This document shows positions 9,160 to 19,034 of a DNA stretch of 64,000 nt, piece after piece. The position numbers were made by a program, and so were the translations under genes. Each line of letters opens with the position of its first letter. Positions within the stretch are counted from its first letter, which is position 1. The notes beneath the pieces are model-generated. The model saw only the letters and a list, made by a program, of their open reading frames with translations. It made no database searches and was not told where the DNA came from. The stretch comes from Chloroflexota bacterium (GTDB taxonomy: Bacteria; Chloroflexota; Dehalococcoidia; GIF9; AB-539-J10). The stretch is from contig DAITOK010000002.1 of assembly GCA_036834125.1 (NCBI GenBank), forward strand, positions 49,382-113,381. Direction: 5' to 3'.

Positions 9160-10368
9160 TTGGCTATGGCAAAAACGATAGCGGAAATCAACGAGAAAAT
9201 CAGGAAGGGCAAGGCAGTGGTGGTGACTGCCGAGGAAGTGATTGATATTGCTCAGAAGAGAGGTGTGAGCAGGGCAGCAGAGGAAATTGATGTCGTTACC
9301 ACTGGCACCTTCGGGCCCATGTGTTCTTCCGGTGTTTTCCTCAATATTGGACATTCCAAGCCGAGGATCAAGCTGGGTGGCGGCAAGGTCTACCTTAACG
9401 ATGTCCCTGTCTATACGGGCATAGCTGCTGTGGATCTTTTCCTGGGGGCAACCGCCATCCCCGATGACGACCCCAGGAATAAGCTCTATCCCGGGGAATT
9501 CAACTATGGCGGTGGGCATGTGATTCAGGAACTGGTCGCGGGAAAGGATATAAGGCTCACAGCTACGGCTTATGGGACAGACTGCTATCCCAGGAAGAAG
9601 CTGGAGACCCTGATCAACATCAAGGACATAAATGAGGCAATTCTGTTTAATATCAGGAATGCGTATCAGAACTATAATGTAGCTGTGAATCTATCTGATA
9701 GGGTTCTCTATAGCTATATGGGAGTGCTCAAGCCGAATCTGGGCAATGCTAACTATTGTTCGGCCGGACAACTCTCACCGCTTCTCAACGACCCTTATTA
9801 TAAGACCATGGGTGTAGGGACGAAGATATTTCTGGGTGGGGGGATAGGCTATGTAGCCTGGCACGGTACGCAGCATAACCCTTGTGCTCTGCGGGGTGAC
9901 AACGGGGTCCCGCGGCGGGGAGCGGGGACGCTGGCTGTGATCGGGGACTTGAAACAGATGAAGCCAGAGTGGTTGGTGGGGACAAGCATGCTCGGTTACG
10001 GTTGCACGCTCACCGTGGGCATAGGCGTTCCCATACCTATACTTTCCGAGGAAATTCTCCGTTATACTGCCGTGAGCGATGCTGATATCTTTGCTCCTGT
10101 TGTGGACTATGCTGAGGCTTATCCTCAGACGAAGCCAGATATCCTGGGCGAGGTTAGTTACGCCGAACTCAAGAGCGGTCGTATAAAAGTTCGGGGAAAG
10201 GATGTCCCCACCGCTTCCTTGTCCAGTTATCCCAAGGCGGTGGAAATTGCCAACATCTTGAAAAAGTGGATAGAAAGTGGAGAGTTTTTGCTTACCGAGC
10301 CTGTAGCCCCCCTGCCGGGAGTGGAATCTGGTGTGACAATCAAAGCACTTAAGGAAAGACCGATATGA
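9160..10368 (+). CDS. Homocysteine biosynthesis protein / L-aspartate semialdehyde sulfurtransferase (DUF39, MA1821-like, no CBS domains)
   Basis: KTIAEINEKI, VDVVTTGTFGPMCSSG, LNDPYYKT.G.GT.IFLGG and GTQHNP motifs. Confidence 0.9.
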   Translation: MAMAKTIAEINEKIRKGKAVVVTAEEVIDIAQKRGVSRAAEEIDVVTTGTFGPMCSSGVFLNIGHSKPRIKLGGGKVYLNDVPVYTGIAAVDLFLGATAIPDDDPRNKLYPGEFNYGGGHVIQELVAGKDIRLTATAYGTDCYPRKKLETLINIKDINEAILFNIRNAYQNYNVAVNLSDRVLYSYMGVLKPNLGNANYCSAGQLSPLLNDPYYKTMGVGTKIFLGGGIGYVAWHGTQHNPCALRGDNGVPRRGAGTLAVIGDLKQMKPEWLVGTSMLGYGCTLTVGIGVPIPILSEEILRYTAVSDADIFAPVVDYAEAYPQTKPDILGEVSYAELKSGRIKVRGKDVPTASLSSYPKAVEIANILKKWIESGEFLLTEPVAPLPGVESGVTIKALKERPI

Positions 10369-10429
10369 GGGATAAAGTGGGTATCCCAAACGCGAAATCA
10401 TCTAAAGATTTGGAGTGGGGATTTAAGAA

Positions 10430-10840
10430 ATGAACGTTTCTCGCAGGATAGTACTGCACTTCCCGCCCAATATCACCGGGCAGCCGGTAGTTTATCGTCT
10501 GGTCAAGGATTTTGGGCTCACCTTCAATATCCTGAAGGCTTCAATATCGCCGGGACAGGAAGGGTTGCTGGTTCTGGAGCTGAGCGGTGAGCAGAAGAAC
10601 TATGACAAGGGCATCAAATACCTTGCGGATGCCGGAGTGAAAATCCAGTCCCTGAGCCAGGATGTAGTTCGAGACGAGTCCAAGTGTACTCACTGTGGAG
10701 CCTGCATCACCATTTGTCCTACTGATGCTTTTTCTCTGGAGCCCAAGAGCAGGAAAGTGCTTTTTGACCACAATAAGTGTGTAATATGCGGTTTGTGTGT
10801 TAAGGCTTGCCCTCCACGGGCGATGATACTGTATTTCTGA
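10430..10840 (+). CDS. NIL-domain 2x[4Fe-4S] ferredoxin (MA1822-like)
   Basis: N-terminal NIL domain (FNILKASI); CTHCGACITICP and CVICGLCVKACP. Confidence 0.9.
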   Translation: MNVSRRIVLHFPPNITGQPVVYRLVKDFGLTFNILKASISPGQEGLLVLELSGEQKNYDKGIKYLADAGVKIQSLSQDVVRDESKCTHCGACITICPTDAFSLEPKSRKVLFDHNKCVICGLCVKACPPRAMILYF

Positions 10841-10964
10841 GCAGAGAGGTTCAGAAACCAAAGGTCGAGACGAAGACTGGCCGAGAATATGACAGATCAT
10901 CGCTTTGCCTTCAGACGATTTGTCTGAAGTTCAGAGATTAGAGCTCGGGATTCTTCATAAGAGC

Positions 10965-11690
10965 ATGCCTGAACCACGTTTCTACCGCCAGTGGATAGAC
11001 GATAGCGATTTAGTTTCTTTTGAAGTAACGGTAAAGCAAACCAACTTGTATATCCGCTGCCAGCGTAACCTGAAGAACAAGGCGCTGGATTCAGTGCTCA
11101 AGCACCGCGGCTCATTAGAGACCTATATTGAACATCACCCGCTGTTCCTAACTACACTGGAAGCCTACAAAGCTGAAGCTGGAGCTCCAGGTATCGTCAA
11201 AGAAATGGCCAGAGTATCCCAGCTTACGGGGGTTGGTCCTATGGCGGCAGTCGCTGGGGCGATTGCTGAGGCTGTGGGCAGGGATCTGCTAGCTTATTCA
11301 CCGGAAGTGATTGTGGAAAATGGCGGCGATATTTTTCTGAAAACCTCCAAGAAAAGGCTGGTGGGAATTTACGCCGGCGACTCACCGTTTACCAAGAGAA
11401 TAGCGCTAGAGATTGCAGCCAAGGAAACGCCGCTGGGTATTTGCACGTCCTCAGGAACTGTAGGGCATTCTCTGAGCCTGGGTAGTGCTGACGCTGTGGT
11501 TGTGCTCTCTTCCTCAGCAGCTTTAGCTGATGCGGCAGCCACGGCATTGGGTAATATCGTTAGGAGTGCCCGTGATATTCCTGAGGCAATTGAGAAAGCA
11601 CAGAATATTCAGGATTTGCGGGGTGTAGTTATTATCGTGGGCAGCCAGATGGGTGTATGGGGCAAGTTGAAAATCGTGCCACTTGCTTAA
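10965..11690 (+). CDS. UPF0280 ApbE-like protein (MA1715-like, sulfide assimilation)
   Basis: VGPMAAVAGAIA, VENGGDI, GICTSSGTVGHSLSLG and ADAAATALGN motifs; start taken at ATG 10965. Confidence 0.9.
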   Translation: MPEPRFYRQWIDDSDLVSFEVTVKQTNLYIRCQRNLKNKALDSVLKHRGSLETYIEHHPLFLTTLEAYKAEAGAPGIVKEMARVSQLTGVGPMAAVAGAIAEAVGRDLLAYSPEVIVENGGDIFLKTSKKRLVGIYAGDSPFTKRIALEIAAKETPLGICTSSGTVGHSLSLGSADAVVVLSSSAALADAAATALGNIVRSARDIPEAIEKAQNIQDLRGVVIIVGSQMGVWGKLKIVPLA

Positions 11691-11730
11691 GCTCGCTCGA
11701 CCGCATCTTTTGTGTCTGGTCACGGGGTAA

Positions 11731-11916
11731 CTAGCTGTCCAAAAACAGCCTGCCAGCCCTGGCAAAGTTCTCCTGGCTGTATTCGATGATATCAACATAC
11801 ACATCCTCGGGAGCTACCTTGAAATTTTTGACTACCGCTTCAGTGATATCCTTGACCAGGCGTCTTTTTTGCTCGACAGTTCTCCCTGCTATAGCTTTGA
11901 CAGTGATTAATGGCAT
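11731..11916 (-). CDS. 4-oxalocrotonate tautomerase family protein
   Basis: Pro1 after Met, GRTVEQKRRL and a 61-aa length. Confidence 0.88.
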   Translation of the reverse strand: MPLITVKAIAGRTVEQKRRLVKDITEAVVKNFKVAPEDVYVDIIEYSQENFARAGRLFLDS

Positions 11917-12042
11917 CTGTGCGCAAGCCTCCTCTCGTTTCTCTACTGAAATGAATTTATCAGTCCTCAGGTTTATGCGTCAATCAGGCTGTAAACCATT
12001 TAGTCTTTCCTTTTACTTTGAGCAATGATAAAGTCTTAAGCA

Positions 12043-12984
12043 ATGAAAAAGTCGCTCAATCTCCGCGTGCAAATAGCCCCCCGTCACCCTAAAGGATTGG
12101 TGTTATCTAATCCTGTGATGATAGCTTCTGGTGTAGCCGGCTATGATACAGAATATGCAGAAATTGCTGGTATACAGAAGCTGGGGGCTATTGTCTGTAA
12201 AGGGACGACTCTCAAGCCCAGGAAAGGTAATCGCCAGCCGAGATTAGTGGAGACTGCCAGGGGTCTGCTAAATTCCATAGGTTTGGAAAACATTGGCGTT
12301 GATGCTGTGATTAAAGAGAAGGCACCCGTGTGGGCAAAGTGGCGGGTTCCGGTTATTGTCAATGTAGCTGGGGAAACGATGGATGAGTATGTGGCTGTAG
12401 CCAGGAAGTTGGAGGGGGTTCCGGGGATAAGCGGCATTGAGCTGAACATTAGCTGTCCCAATGTGTCTGGTGGTGGTCTGGAATTTGGTGTCGCCCCCGA
12501 CCTGGCAGCTGAAGTTACTTCAGCGGTCAAAGCTGTCACCAGGCTGCCAGTTATCGTTAAACTGAGTCCCAATGTAACCGATATCAAGGAAATCGCTCTG
12601 GCTGTAGAAGAAGCCGGAGCTGATGCTATATCTCTCATAAACACGTTGAGAGGAATGGCGATTGATATAGTACAAAGAAAGCCGCGCCTGGGGAATATCG
12701 CAGGCGGGCTGTCCGGTCCAGCTATCAAGCCCGTGGCTCTTTATATGGTATATCAAGTAGCCAAAGTTGTGCATATTCCTGTCATTGGCTGTGGTGGGAT
12801 CTGTTGTGCTGAAGATGCTCTAGAGTTTATCATGGCTGGGGCTACTGCGGTACAGGTTGGCACGGCAGTTCTGGCTAACCCCCGTATCTGTCTCACAATA
12901 CTGGAAGGGATAGAGCAATTTATGCTCGATAATCAGGTGAGAAAGCTCACTGACCTGGTCGGTGTTGCCCAGGGCAAACCTTAG
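12043..12984 (+). CDS. pyrD: Dihydroorotate dehydrogenase family 1B catalytic subunit
   Basis: NSIGLEN, ELNISCPNV, VKLSPN, INTL and GGLSGPAIKP motifs. Confidence 0.96.
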   Translation: MKKSLNLRVQIAPRHPKGLVLSNPVMIASGVAGYDTEYAEIAGIQKLGAIVCKGTTLKPRKGNRQPRLVETARGLLNSIGLENIGVDAVIKEKAPVWAKWRVPVIVNVAGETMDEYVAVARKLEGVPGISGIELNISCPNVSGGGLEFGVAPDLAAEVTSAVKAVTRLPVIVKLSPNVTDIKEIALAVEEAGADAISLINTLRGMAIDIVQRKPRLGNIAGGLSGPAIKPVALYMVYQVAKVVHIPVIGCGGICCAEDALEFIMAGATAVQVGTAVLANPRICLTILEGIEQFMLDNQVRKLTDLVGVAQGKP

Positions 12985-12992
12985 CCGTGTTG

Positions 12993-13394
12993 CTATTCAG
13001 TGGTTACTTCCTTCTTGATGAACTTGATGATTTCCTCAGTAAAAGTACCCGGTCCGAAAACACGCTTTATCCCCATTTGTTGTAAGGCGGGAAGGTCATC
13101 CTCGGGTATTATGCCGCCGGCGATAATGAGGACGTCTCCTCTGCCTTTTTTCCTTAGCTCTTCTACGATTGCGGGAAAGAGCTCTAAATGGGCGCCTGAA
13201 AGGATGCTCAACCCCACAACATCCACATCTTCTTGTATAGCTGCCCGCGCAATCATCTCCGGAGTCTGACGGATACCTGTGTAGATGACTTCCATACCAG
13301 CGTCCCGCAGAGCTCTGGCTACCACTTTGGCGCCTCGATCATGTCCATCCAACCCCGGCTTGGCTAGCAAAACACGAATTCTCCGTTTGCTCAT
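12993..13394 (-). CDS. Methylmalonyl-CoA mutase C-terminal cobalamin-binding subunit
   Basis: [22 protein letters not shown] and GGIIP motifs. Confidence 0.93.
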   Translation of the reverse strand: MSKRRIRVLLAKPGLDGHDRGAKVVARALRDAGMEVIYTGIRQTPEMIARAAIQEDVDVVGLSILSGAHLELFPAIVEELRKKGRGDVLIIAGGIIPEDDLPALQQMGIKRVFGPGTFTEEIIKFIKKEVTTE

Positions 13395-13505
13395 AGTCTG
13401 TCCTCTTTAGCCAGTCCCAAAAAGTCTGCTATATTTGTGGCATCCTTTCGGTCCAGAATCAAATTTACCTAAACTTCCGAAGCGTGGCAAGCTCCTTGAG
13501 CTGAC

Positions 13506-13904
13506 TCATTTTTTCTGGCAAAGCTCAACGAGCACTCCTCTCAGAGATTTGGGATGGATGAACGCCACCATGCCCTCTAAGCCCGGGCGCGCTTTCTTAT
13601 CAATCAGCTCTATCCCTTGCTGGGAAAGATAACTGAGTTCCTGCTCTATATCATCAACCTCAAATGTTATATGGTGAAGCCCTTCGCCTCTCTTCTCCAA
13701 AACCTGAGCTATGTTGCTGCCGGGCAATGGTTCTATTAGTTCCAGATTGGTACCCTCAGCCAGGCACAGTATGGCAGCTTTGACCCCGCGCTCAGCTAAA
13801 GTTTCAATTTTTTCCACTTTAGCAGCAAAGCAAGTCTGATAAAGCGTTATTGCTTCATTAAGGTTGCTGACCAGAATACCGACATGGTCAACTTTTTTTG
13901 CCAT
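13506..13904 (-). CDS. mce: Methylmalonyl-CoA epimerase
   Basis: DHVGI, ELIEP, GEGLHHITFEV and FIHPK...GVLVEL motifs; start taken at ATG 13904 (SD GGAGG). Confidence 0.9.
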   Translation of the reverse strand: MAKKVDHVGILVSNLNEAITLYQTCFAAKVEKIETLAERGVKAAILCLAEGTNLELIEPLPGSNIAQVLEKRGEGLHHITFEVDDIEQELSYLSQQGIELIDKKARPGLEGMVAFIHPKSLRGVLVELCQKK

Positions 13905-13957
13905 TTTACCTCCTTCAAGGCTAGCTAAGCATAATCTAGGCGACCTCTCATCCGTTT

Positions 13958-15613
13958 TCAGAAAACCAAGAATTCTTTCTGGGTGGAAAAGATATTGCGC
14001 AGGACATCGCATATCTCACCCAATGTAGCGTAAGCCTCCACGCATTCGATGAAGGCGGGCATGGTATTATCTTGACTGCGAGCCACATCCTCCAATCTCT
14101 TAAGCGCCTGTTTGACTTTGCCGTTGTCCCGTTCCTTGCGAACCTGCGCGAGTCTTTCCTTTTGTTTCTTCTCTACTTCAGGCTTGACCCGCAGCAATCC
14201 AGTTATCTTGGGGTAGGGTGACACGAATTTGTTTACGCCCACCACGGTACGTTTGACACTTTCGATCTCCTTCTGGTAGCGATAGGAGGAAGCCTGGATT
14301 TCTCTCTGCGGGTATCCTTGTTCTATGGCAGCTATGGCACCGCCCAGGTCATCAATTTTGTTAATATACTCTGCGGCTTCCTTTTCTAGGCTATTGGTGA
14401 GATGCTCTATGTAATATGAGCCACCAAGGGGGTCTACCACATTAGCCACATCGCTTTCATAGCCCAATATTTGCTGTGTCCGCACGGCGATGGTCACGGC
14501 TTCTTCGGAAGGTGGAGCATAGGCTTCGTCAAAGGAGTTGGTATGCAGTGATTGAGTGCCTCCTAGGATGGCAGCCAGAGCTTCCAGGGTTGTTCGGACG
14601 ATATTGTTGTATGGTTGCTGGGCGGTGAGGCTACAGCCGGCGGTTTGGGTGTGGAAGCGAAGCATCCAGGAGCGGGGGTCTTTAGCTCCGAACCGCTCTT
14701 TCATAATCCTTGCCCACAGACGTCGTGCGGCCCGGAATTTGGCAATCTCTTCAAAGAAGTTGATATGACTATTGAAAAAGAATGATAGTCTGGGTGCGAA
14801 CATATCTATGTCAAGTCCGGCATCAATAGCTGCCTGAACGTAGGCTATGCCGTTGGCTAGAGTGAATCCAATTTCCTGGGCGGCGGTGGAGCCGGCTTCC
14901 CGTATATGGTAGCCACTGATGCTAATCGTATTCCAGCGAGGCACATGCTGGGCACAGTAGGCGAATATATCAGTGGTGAGGCGCATGGAAGGGCGGGGTG
15001 GGAAGATATAGGTTCCCCTGGCGATATATTCCTTGAGTATATCGTTCTGGACGGTGCCGTTGAGGTCAGCGGGCTCGACACCTTGCTTCTTACCCAGGGC
15101 AATGTACATGGCAAGAAGAATCGGGGCGGTGGCGTTGATGGTCATGGAGGTGCTGACCTTATCTAACGGTATATCCTGGAAAAGAATTTCCATATCTCGC
15201 AGGCTGTCTATGGCAACGCCCACCTTGCCCACTTCGCCCTGGGCTAAGGGATGGTCGGAGTCATAACCAATTTGCGTGGGTAGGTCGAAGGCTACGCTCA
15301 GCCCGGTTTGCCCTTGCTCTAGGAGATAGCGATACCTCTGGTTGGTTTCCTCAGCAGTGCCAAAGCCAGCGTATTGCCGTATTGTCCATATCCGACCGCG
15401 GTACATATTGGGTTGAACACCACGGGTAAAAGGGTATTCTCCAGGGTAGCCTAAGTCTCGAATATAGTCGAAATCTGGCAGGTCTTCAGGAGTATAGACG
15501 GTATCAATCTCCAAACCTGAGCTGGTTTCGAATCTATCCTGCCGTTCGCCGGCACGCTGTAGAGTTGAGGCTAGTGTGGTTTCCCGCCACTGTTGTTTGG
15601 TCTTATTGCGCAT
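13958..15613 (-). CDS. Methylmalonyl-CoA mutase, large (substrate-binding) subunit
   Basis: [14 protein letters not shown] (Tyr), [13 protein letters not shown] (Arg) and HTNSFDEA; the Tyr/Arg pair indicates MCM specificity. Confidence 0.95.
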   Translation of the reverse strand: MRNKTKQQWRETTLASTLQRAGERQDRFETSSGLEIDTVYTPEDLPDFDYIRDLGYPGEYPFTRGVQPNMYRGRIWTIRQYAGFGTAEETNQRYRYLLEQGQTGLSVAFDLPTQIGYDSDHPLAQGEVGKVGVAIDSLRDMEILFQDIPLDKVSTSMTINATAPILLAMYIALGKKQGVEPADLNGTVQNDILKEYIARGTYIFPPRPSMRLTTDIFAYCAQHVPRWNTISISGYHIREAGSTAAQEIGFTLANGIAYVQAAIDAGLDIDMFAPRLSFFFNSHINFFEEIAKFRAARRLWARIMKERFGAKDPRSWMLRFHTQTAGCSLTAQQPYNNIVRTTLEALAAILGGTQSLHTNSFDEAYAPPSEEAVTIAVRTQQILGYESDVANVVDPLGGSYYIEHLTNSLEKEAAEYINKIDDLGGAIAAIEQGYPQREIQASSYRYQKEIESVKRTVVGVNKFVSPYPKITGLLRVKPEVEKKQKERLAQVRKERDNGKVKQALKRLEDVARSQDNTMPAFIECVEAYATLGEICDVLRNIFSTQKEFLVF

Positions 15614-15779
15614 AGCTACCCCCTGAGGCGACAAACTGTATCTGGCGCGGATTCCTTGTATGTAGCCGCCATACTGGCAACGCGTAGTTCAAGCTGCGTG
15701 CTACAGTGCAAACCGCAGGTAAATCCACCACGCAGATCTACTACGCGGGATTTGACCAGAACTGCTCCACTCTATAGCA

Positions 15780-16550
15780 CTATTTGCCCGGCTCTGACTT
15801 ACTCCCTTTTTCCAAAAGGGGAGTCAGCATGTCAACAGGCAAAGGAAAGACGATAACGCTGCTTTTCTCTGTGGCGATGGTGGATAGCGTCTGTAAGTAA
15901 CGAAGCTGGAGCGCAGATGCCTGACTGGAAATAACTTTGGCAGCCTCAGCCAGTTTCTCTGCTGCTTGGTATTCACCCTCGGCATGAACCACCTTGGCTC
16001 TCCTCTCTCGCTCAGCCTCAGCTTGGGCAGCCATCGCCCTCTGCAGCGTCTGCGGCAACTGTAGCTCTTTGACCTCTACCATACTCACTTTTATGCCCCA
16101 AGGGTCCGTGCCTTGGTCTACTATCGCCCTTATCTTTTCGTTGAGCCTGTCCCGCTGGGCTAATAGCTCGTCCAGTGTGGATTGCCCGACAACATTTCGT
16201 AGAGTGGTCTGGGCAAGCAGCGAGGTTGCCTTGACATAGTCGAGCACCTTGAGTATAGCATCCGCGGCATTCACCACGCGAAAGTAAGCCACAGCATCAA
16301 CTCTGACGGTGACATTATCCACGGTAATGCACTCCTGCTGGGGGACATCCATGGTCACTATACGAAGGTCAACTTTTCGCACGGTCTCGATGAAAGGTAT
16401 GATCAATACCAAGCCTGGTCCCCTCAGCCCCACGAACCTGCCCAATCGGAAAACTCCCACCCTTTCATATTCTCGCACAACTTTGATAGCTGCCGACAGA
16501 AGAATTATTACTACTACTGCGATTGTGAAATAGATAAACGGGTAAATCAT
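15780..16550 (-). CDS. SPFH/band-7 (slipin, stomatin-like) protein
   Basis: N-terminal TM; FRLGR, DLR..T.DVP.QE.IT.DNV, WGIKV and ALQLRYLQTL motifs. Confidence 0.93.
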   Translation of the reverse strand: MIYPFIYFTIAVVVIILLSAAIKVVREYERVGVFRLGRFVGLRGPGLVLIIPFIETVRKVDLRIVTMDVPQQECITVDNVTVRVDAVAYFRVVNAADAILKVLDYVKATSLLAQTTLRNVVGQSTLDELLAQRDRLNEKIRAIVDQGTDPWGIKVSMVEVKELQLPQTLQRAMAAQAEAERERRAKVVHAEGEYQAAEKLAEAAKVISSQASALQLRYLQTLSTIATEKSSVIVFPLPVDMLTPLLEKGSKSEPGK

Positions 16551-16852
16551 TCTTCCTCCTTCTCTTTAAATTTTCTGGTCACCCACAGTGTCAGTCCTTC
16601 AACTTTGCTTATTATCACCTCCTCTCCAGGTTGTATTGTACTATCTTCAGCTATGGCTGTCCATAACTCCCCCTCAGCCAGGACTGTGCCTTTGGGATTG
16701 AGGATCGTTCGTGCCACAGCTTTCTTCCCTATCATCTCCTCGACACCAGCCGAAAGCCTTCGCCTCTGACCTTTGACGATCGCATAGATAACGAAGATGA
16801 TAAACGCGGCACCTACAACTATGGCGGCAATAATTGGGGCTGTCATCTGCAC
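16547..16852 (-). CDS. Short NfeD (C-terminal OB-fold) protein
   Basis: One TM, then G..G.V...GELW.A...I..GEEV....VEGL.L.V. Confidence 0.88.
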   Translation of the reverse strand: MQMTAPIIAAIVVGAAFIIFVIYAIVKGQRRRLSAGVEEMIGKKAVARTILNPKGTVLAEGELWTAIAEDSTIQPGEEVIISKVEGLTLWVTRKFKEKEEE

Positions 16853-16863
16853 GCTGCTACCCT

Positions 16864-18180
16864 TTATTCCATTGACTTCTTCGCCACCCGTAGTTTCAAT
16901 CCCTCTACCCTGGTCACCACCACTTCTTCACCCGCTGCTACTCTACCACTCTCTGATGTCGCTGCCCACAGTTCTCCTTGAGTTAAAACTGTGCCAGTTG
17001 GGTCGAGAGGAGTCTTGGCTATGCCTATCGTCCCAACCATTCCCTCAGGTCCGGTGGCCTTGCGTCGCCTCTGGCTGCGGATGATGGCGCCCAGGACAAA
17101 GATAGCGAAGGCGGTGAAGCCTACTGCCACGCCAGCAACCAACCTCCTGTCTACCTCTATTCCAGGACTGTGGCTAAACAATATGAGGGAACCTATGACC
17201 AGGGCAACTATGCCCCCAGCAGTTAATAGCCCAAAGCCGGTGGTGAAATACTCGGCGATAAAAAGCACTACAGCCAGCAAGATGAGAGCTATGCCGCCCC
17301 AGTAAGCATTAAGTACGCCCAGGGAGTAAAACGCCAGGAGCAAGCTGATGCCCCCTACTACTCCTGGGATAATCAACCCTGGATTGGAAATCTCAGTAAT
17401 CAGCCCAATCGTAGCTAAAGCAAACAGGATATAGGCAACATTGGGGTCGCTGATGGTTTGCAGGAATTTTTCAACGGCATTCATTTCGTTTCTGGTTGTA
17501 CCATAGCTCGTGGTATCAATGGTAACTTCCGTGCCACTGGCTAGAGTGACCTTCCAGCCATTGATTTGGGAAATAAGGCTTTCCAGACTCTCCGCTCGCA
17601 GGTCGATAAGGTCACTTTCTAAGGCATCAACATCGGTGAACGATTTACTTTGCGTAACCGCCAGCTCAGCTTCTTCCATATTGCGGCCACGCTCCTCAGC
17701 TATCGTTTTCATCCACTTAGCCGCGAACTCAACTATTTTTTTCATCTGGTCTTCGGGTATTTCCTGTCCTCCAGCAGCCACAGGATGGGCAGCGCCGATA
17801 GTCGTGCCCGGCGTCATCGCCGCTATATGAGCCGATAGAGTGATGAAAGTTCCCGCTGAGGCAGCCCAGGCGCCTTTGGGTGAGACGTAAACCACAATGG
17901 GCACATTGGCGTTCATAATCCTCTGGACTATCTTCTCGGTGGAGTCCAGAAGCCCACCTGGGGTATCTAGCTCAATTATGCAGACACTAGCGCCATTCTT
18001 CTCTGCCTGACTGATGCCCCGGTCAATGTAGTCAGCTATCACAGGCACGATGATACCCTCCACGGTAAGAACTTCCACAGTGGTAGGGCTGGCAGCAGCG
18101 AGCAAACTGCCTGCTAAACCCGCAACTATGGGAATCACCAGCAAGGCCAGGAAGAAAATCCTGAGTCCAGTTCTCAGCAT
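16864..18180 (-). CDS. nfeD: Long NfeD membrane serine protease (ClpP-class)
   Basis: Signal peptide; DTPGGL, AASAGTFI and PGTTIGAAHPV motifs; TM region; C-terminal OB fold. Confidence 0.92.
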   Translation of the reverse strand: MLRTGLRIFFLALLVIPIVAGLAGSLLAAASPTTVEVLTVEGIIVPVIADYIDRGISQAEKNGASVCIIELDTPGGLLDSTEKIVQRIMNANVPIVVYVSPKGAWAASAGTFITLSAHIAAMTPGTTIGAAHPVAAGGQEIPEDQMKKIVEFAAKWMKTIAEERGRNMEEAELAVTQSKSFTDVDALESDLIDLRAESLESLISQINGWKVTLASGTEVTIDTTSYGTTRNEMNAVEKFLQTISDPNVAYILFALATIGLITEISNPGLIIPGVVGGISLLLAFYSLGVLNAYWGGIALILLAVVLFIAEYFTTGFGLLTAGGIVALVIGSLILFSHSPGIEVDRRLVAGVAVGFTAFAIFVLGAIIRSQRRRKATGPEGMVGTIGIAKTPLDPTGTVLTQGELWAATSESGRVAAGEEVVVTRVEGLKLRVAKKSME

Positions 18181-18535
18181 CTAGGATTATCCTCAAGCTT
18201 ATAGGAATTCAGATTCCCACCTTTTCTCCTCCCATTCAGTATTATAGCCGATTCTGCTGAAACCAAACAAATGTTCCTCACCCTAAACGGCAAACTTGAT
18301 TATGTTATTCACCTGCTTACCGGAAATGGGCACAAGTCAGTTAGTGAGCTAGCAAAACTGAGGAATTGGTTAGAGATGCATTGCTAACAAGATTAGGAAC
18401 GGGATGTGAGTCATGAAGAGAATGACACCAAGTTTGCTCCGAACATCTTCTTTCGTCCAAGCGGAAAGAATAATTTCTTATCAGGTTTAAAAAGCTGGGA
18501 AAACTTCGGGTAATTCAGGTCATGGCTGTGACTAA

Positions 18536-18681
18536 CTAAAGTCAGTACAAGAGATAATTTGCCACACTCATACCAATCACTATAGCTCCTATAATTATTC
18601 TAATAATTTTAGAATATTTAATGGCAATATTAAACTAACACACACCGCTATCATAATAATGCGAAAGGTGCTCTGAGACAT
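18536..18681 (-). pseudogene. Frameshifted tandem copy of the 58-aa membrane protein gene
   Basis: Same upstream motif and SD; ATG TCT CAG AGC ACC TTT. A 34-nt shortfall relative to the intact copy shifts frame; the downstream frame reads FNIAIKYSKIIRIIIGAIVIGMSVANYLLY*. Confidence 0.75.
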
Positions 18682-18779
18682 TCAAAGATACCTCCCTCAG
18701 CTTAATTAATTAAAGATTAATAGAGGCGGTTTTTCCATTCAGATCAAGCTGGGTTAATGATGAGATTCAATGTGGCCAA

Positions 18780-18956
18780 CTAAAATGAGTACAAGAGTAA
18801 TCTGACAGCCATACCAAGCAGTACAATTGCTACAATCATTTTTATAATTTTAGCATATTTATCGGCAATATTAAACCTTTGATAAGGGAAAAGAACAGAA
18901 ATAATGAATATAAACGACACCACAAGTAAAATGATACTAAAGGTCTTGAAAGACAT
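18780..18956 (-). CDS. 58-aa two-TM membrane protein; candidate immunity protein
   Basis: Not in ORF track. SD GGAGG 9 nt upstream; MSFKTFSIILLVVSFIFIISVLFPYQRFNIADKYAKIIKMIVAIVLLGMAVRLLLYSF*. Confidence 0.7.
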   Translation of the reverse strand: MSFKTFSIILLVVSFIFIISVLFPYQRFNIADKYAKIIKMIVAIVLLGMAVRLLLYSF

Positions 18957-18989
18957 TCAATTTCGCCTCCATCAGCTTAATTTAATCGA

Positions 18990-19018
18990 GGGGTTTATTA
19001 TAACAAAAAATAAACCCC
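18990..19018 (-). terminator. 10-bp perfect hairpin GGGGTTTATT/AATAAACCCC after the secreted protein gene
   Basis: Read directly; the minus strand also carries TATAAT at the loop/stem junction. Confidence 0.55.
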
Positions 19019-19034
19019 CTCATAAATTATTTTG

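Noticed and set aside
13958-15613. Isobutyryl- or 2-hydroxyisobutyryl-CoA mutase
   Set aside because: Specificity residues are Tyr (RQYAGF) and Arg (YIARGT), i.e. methylmalonyl-CoA mutase.
18271-18387. 38-aa plus-strand ORF at the island edge
   Set aside because: No SD and no recognisable features.
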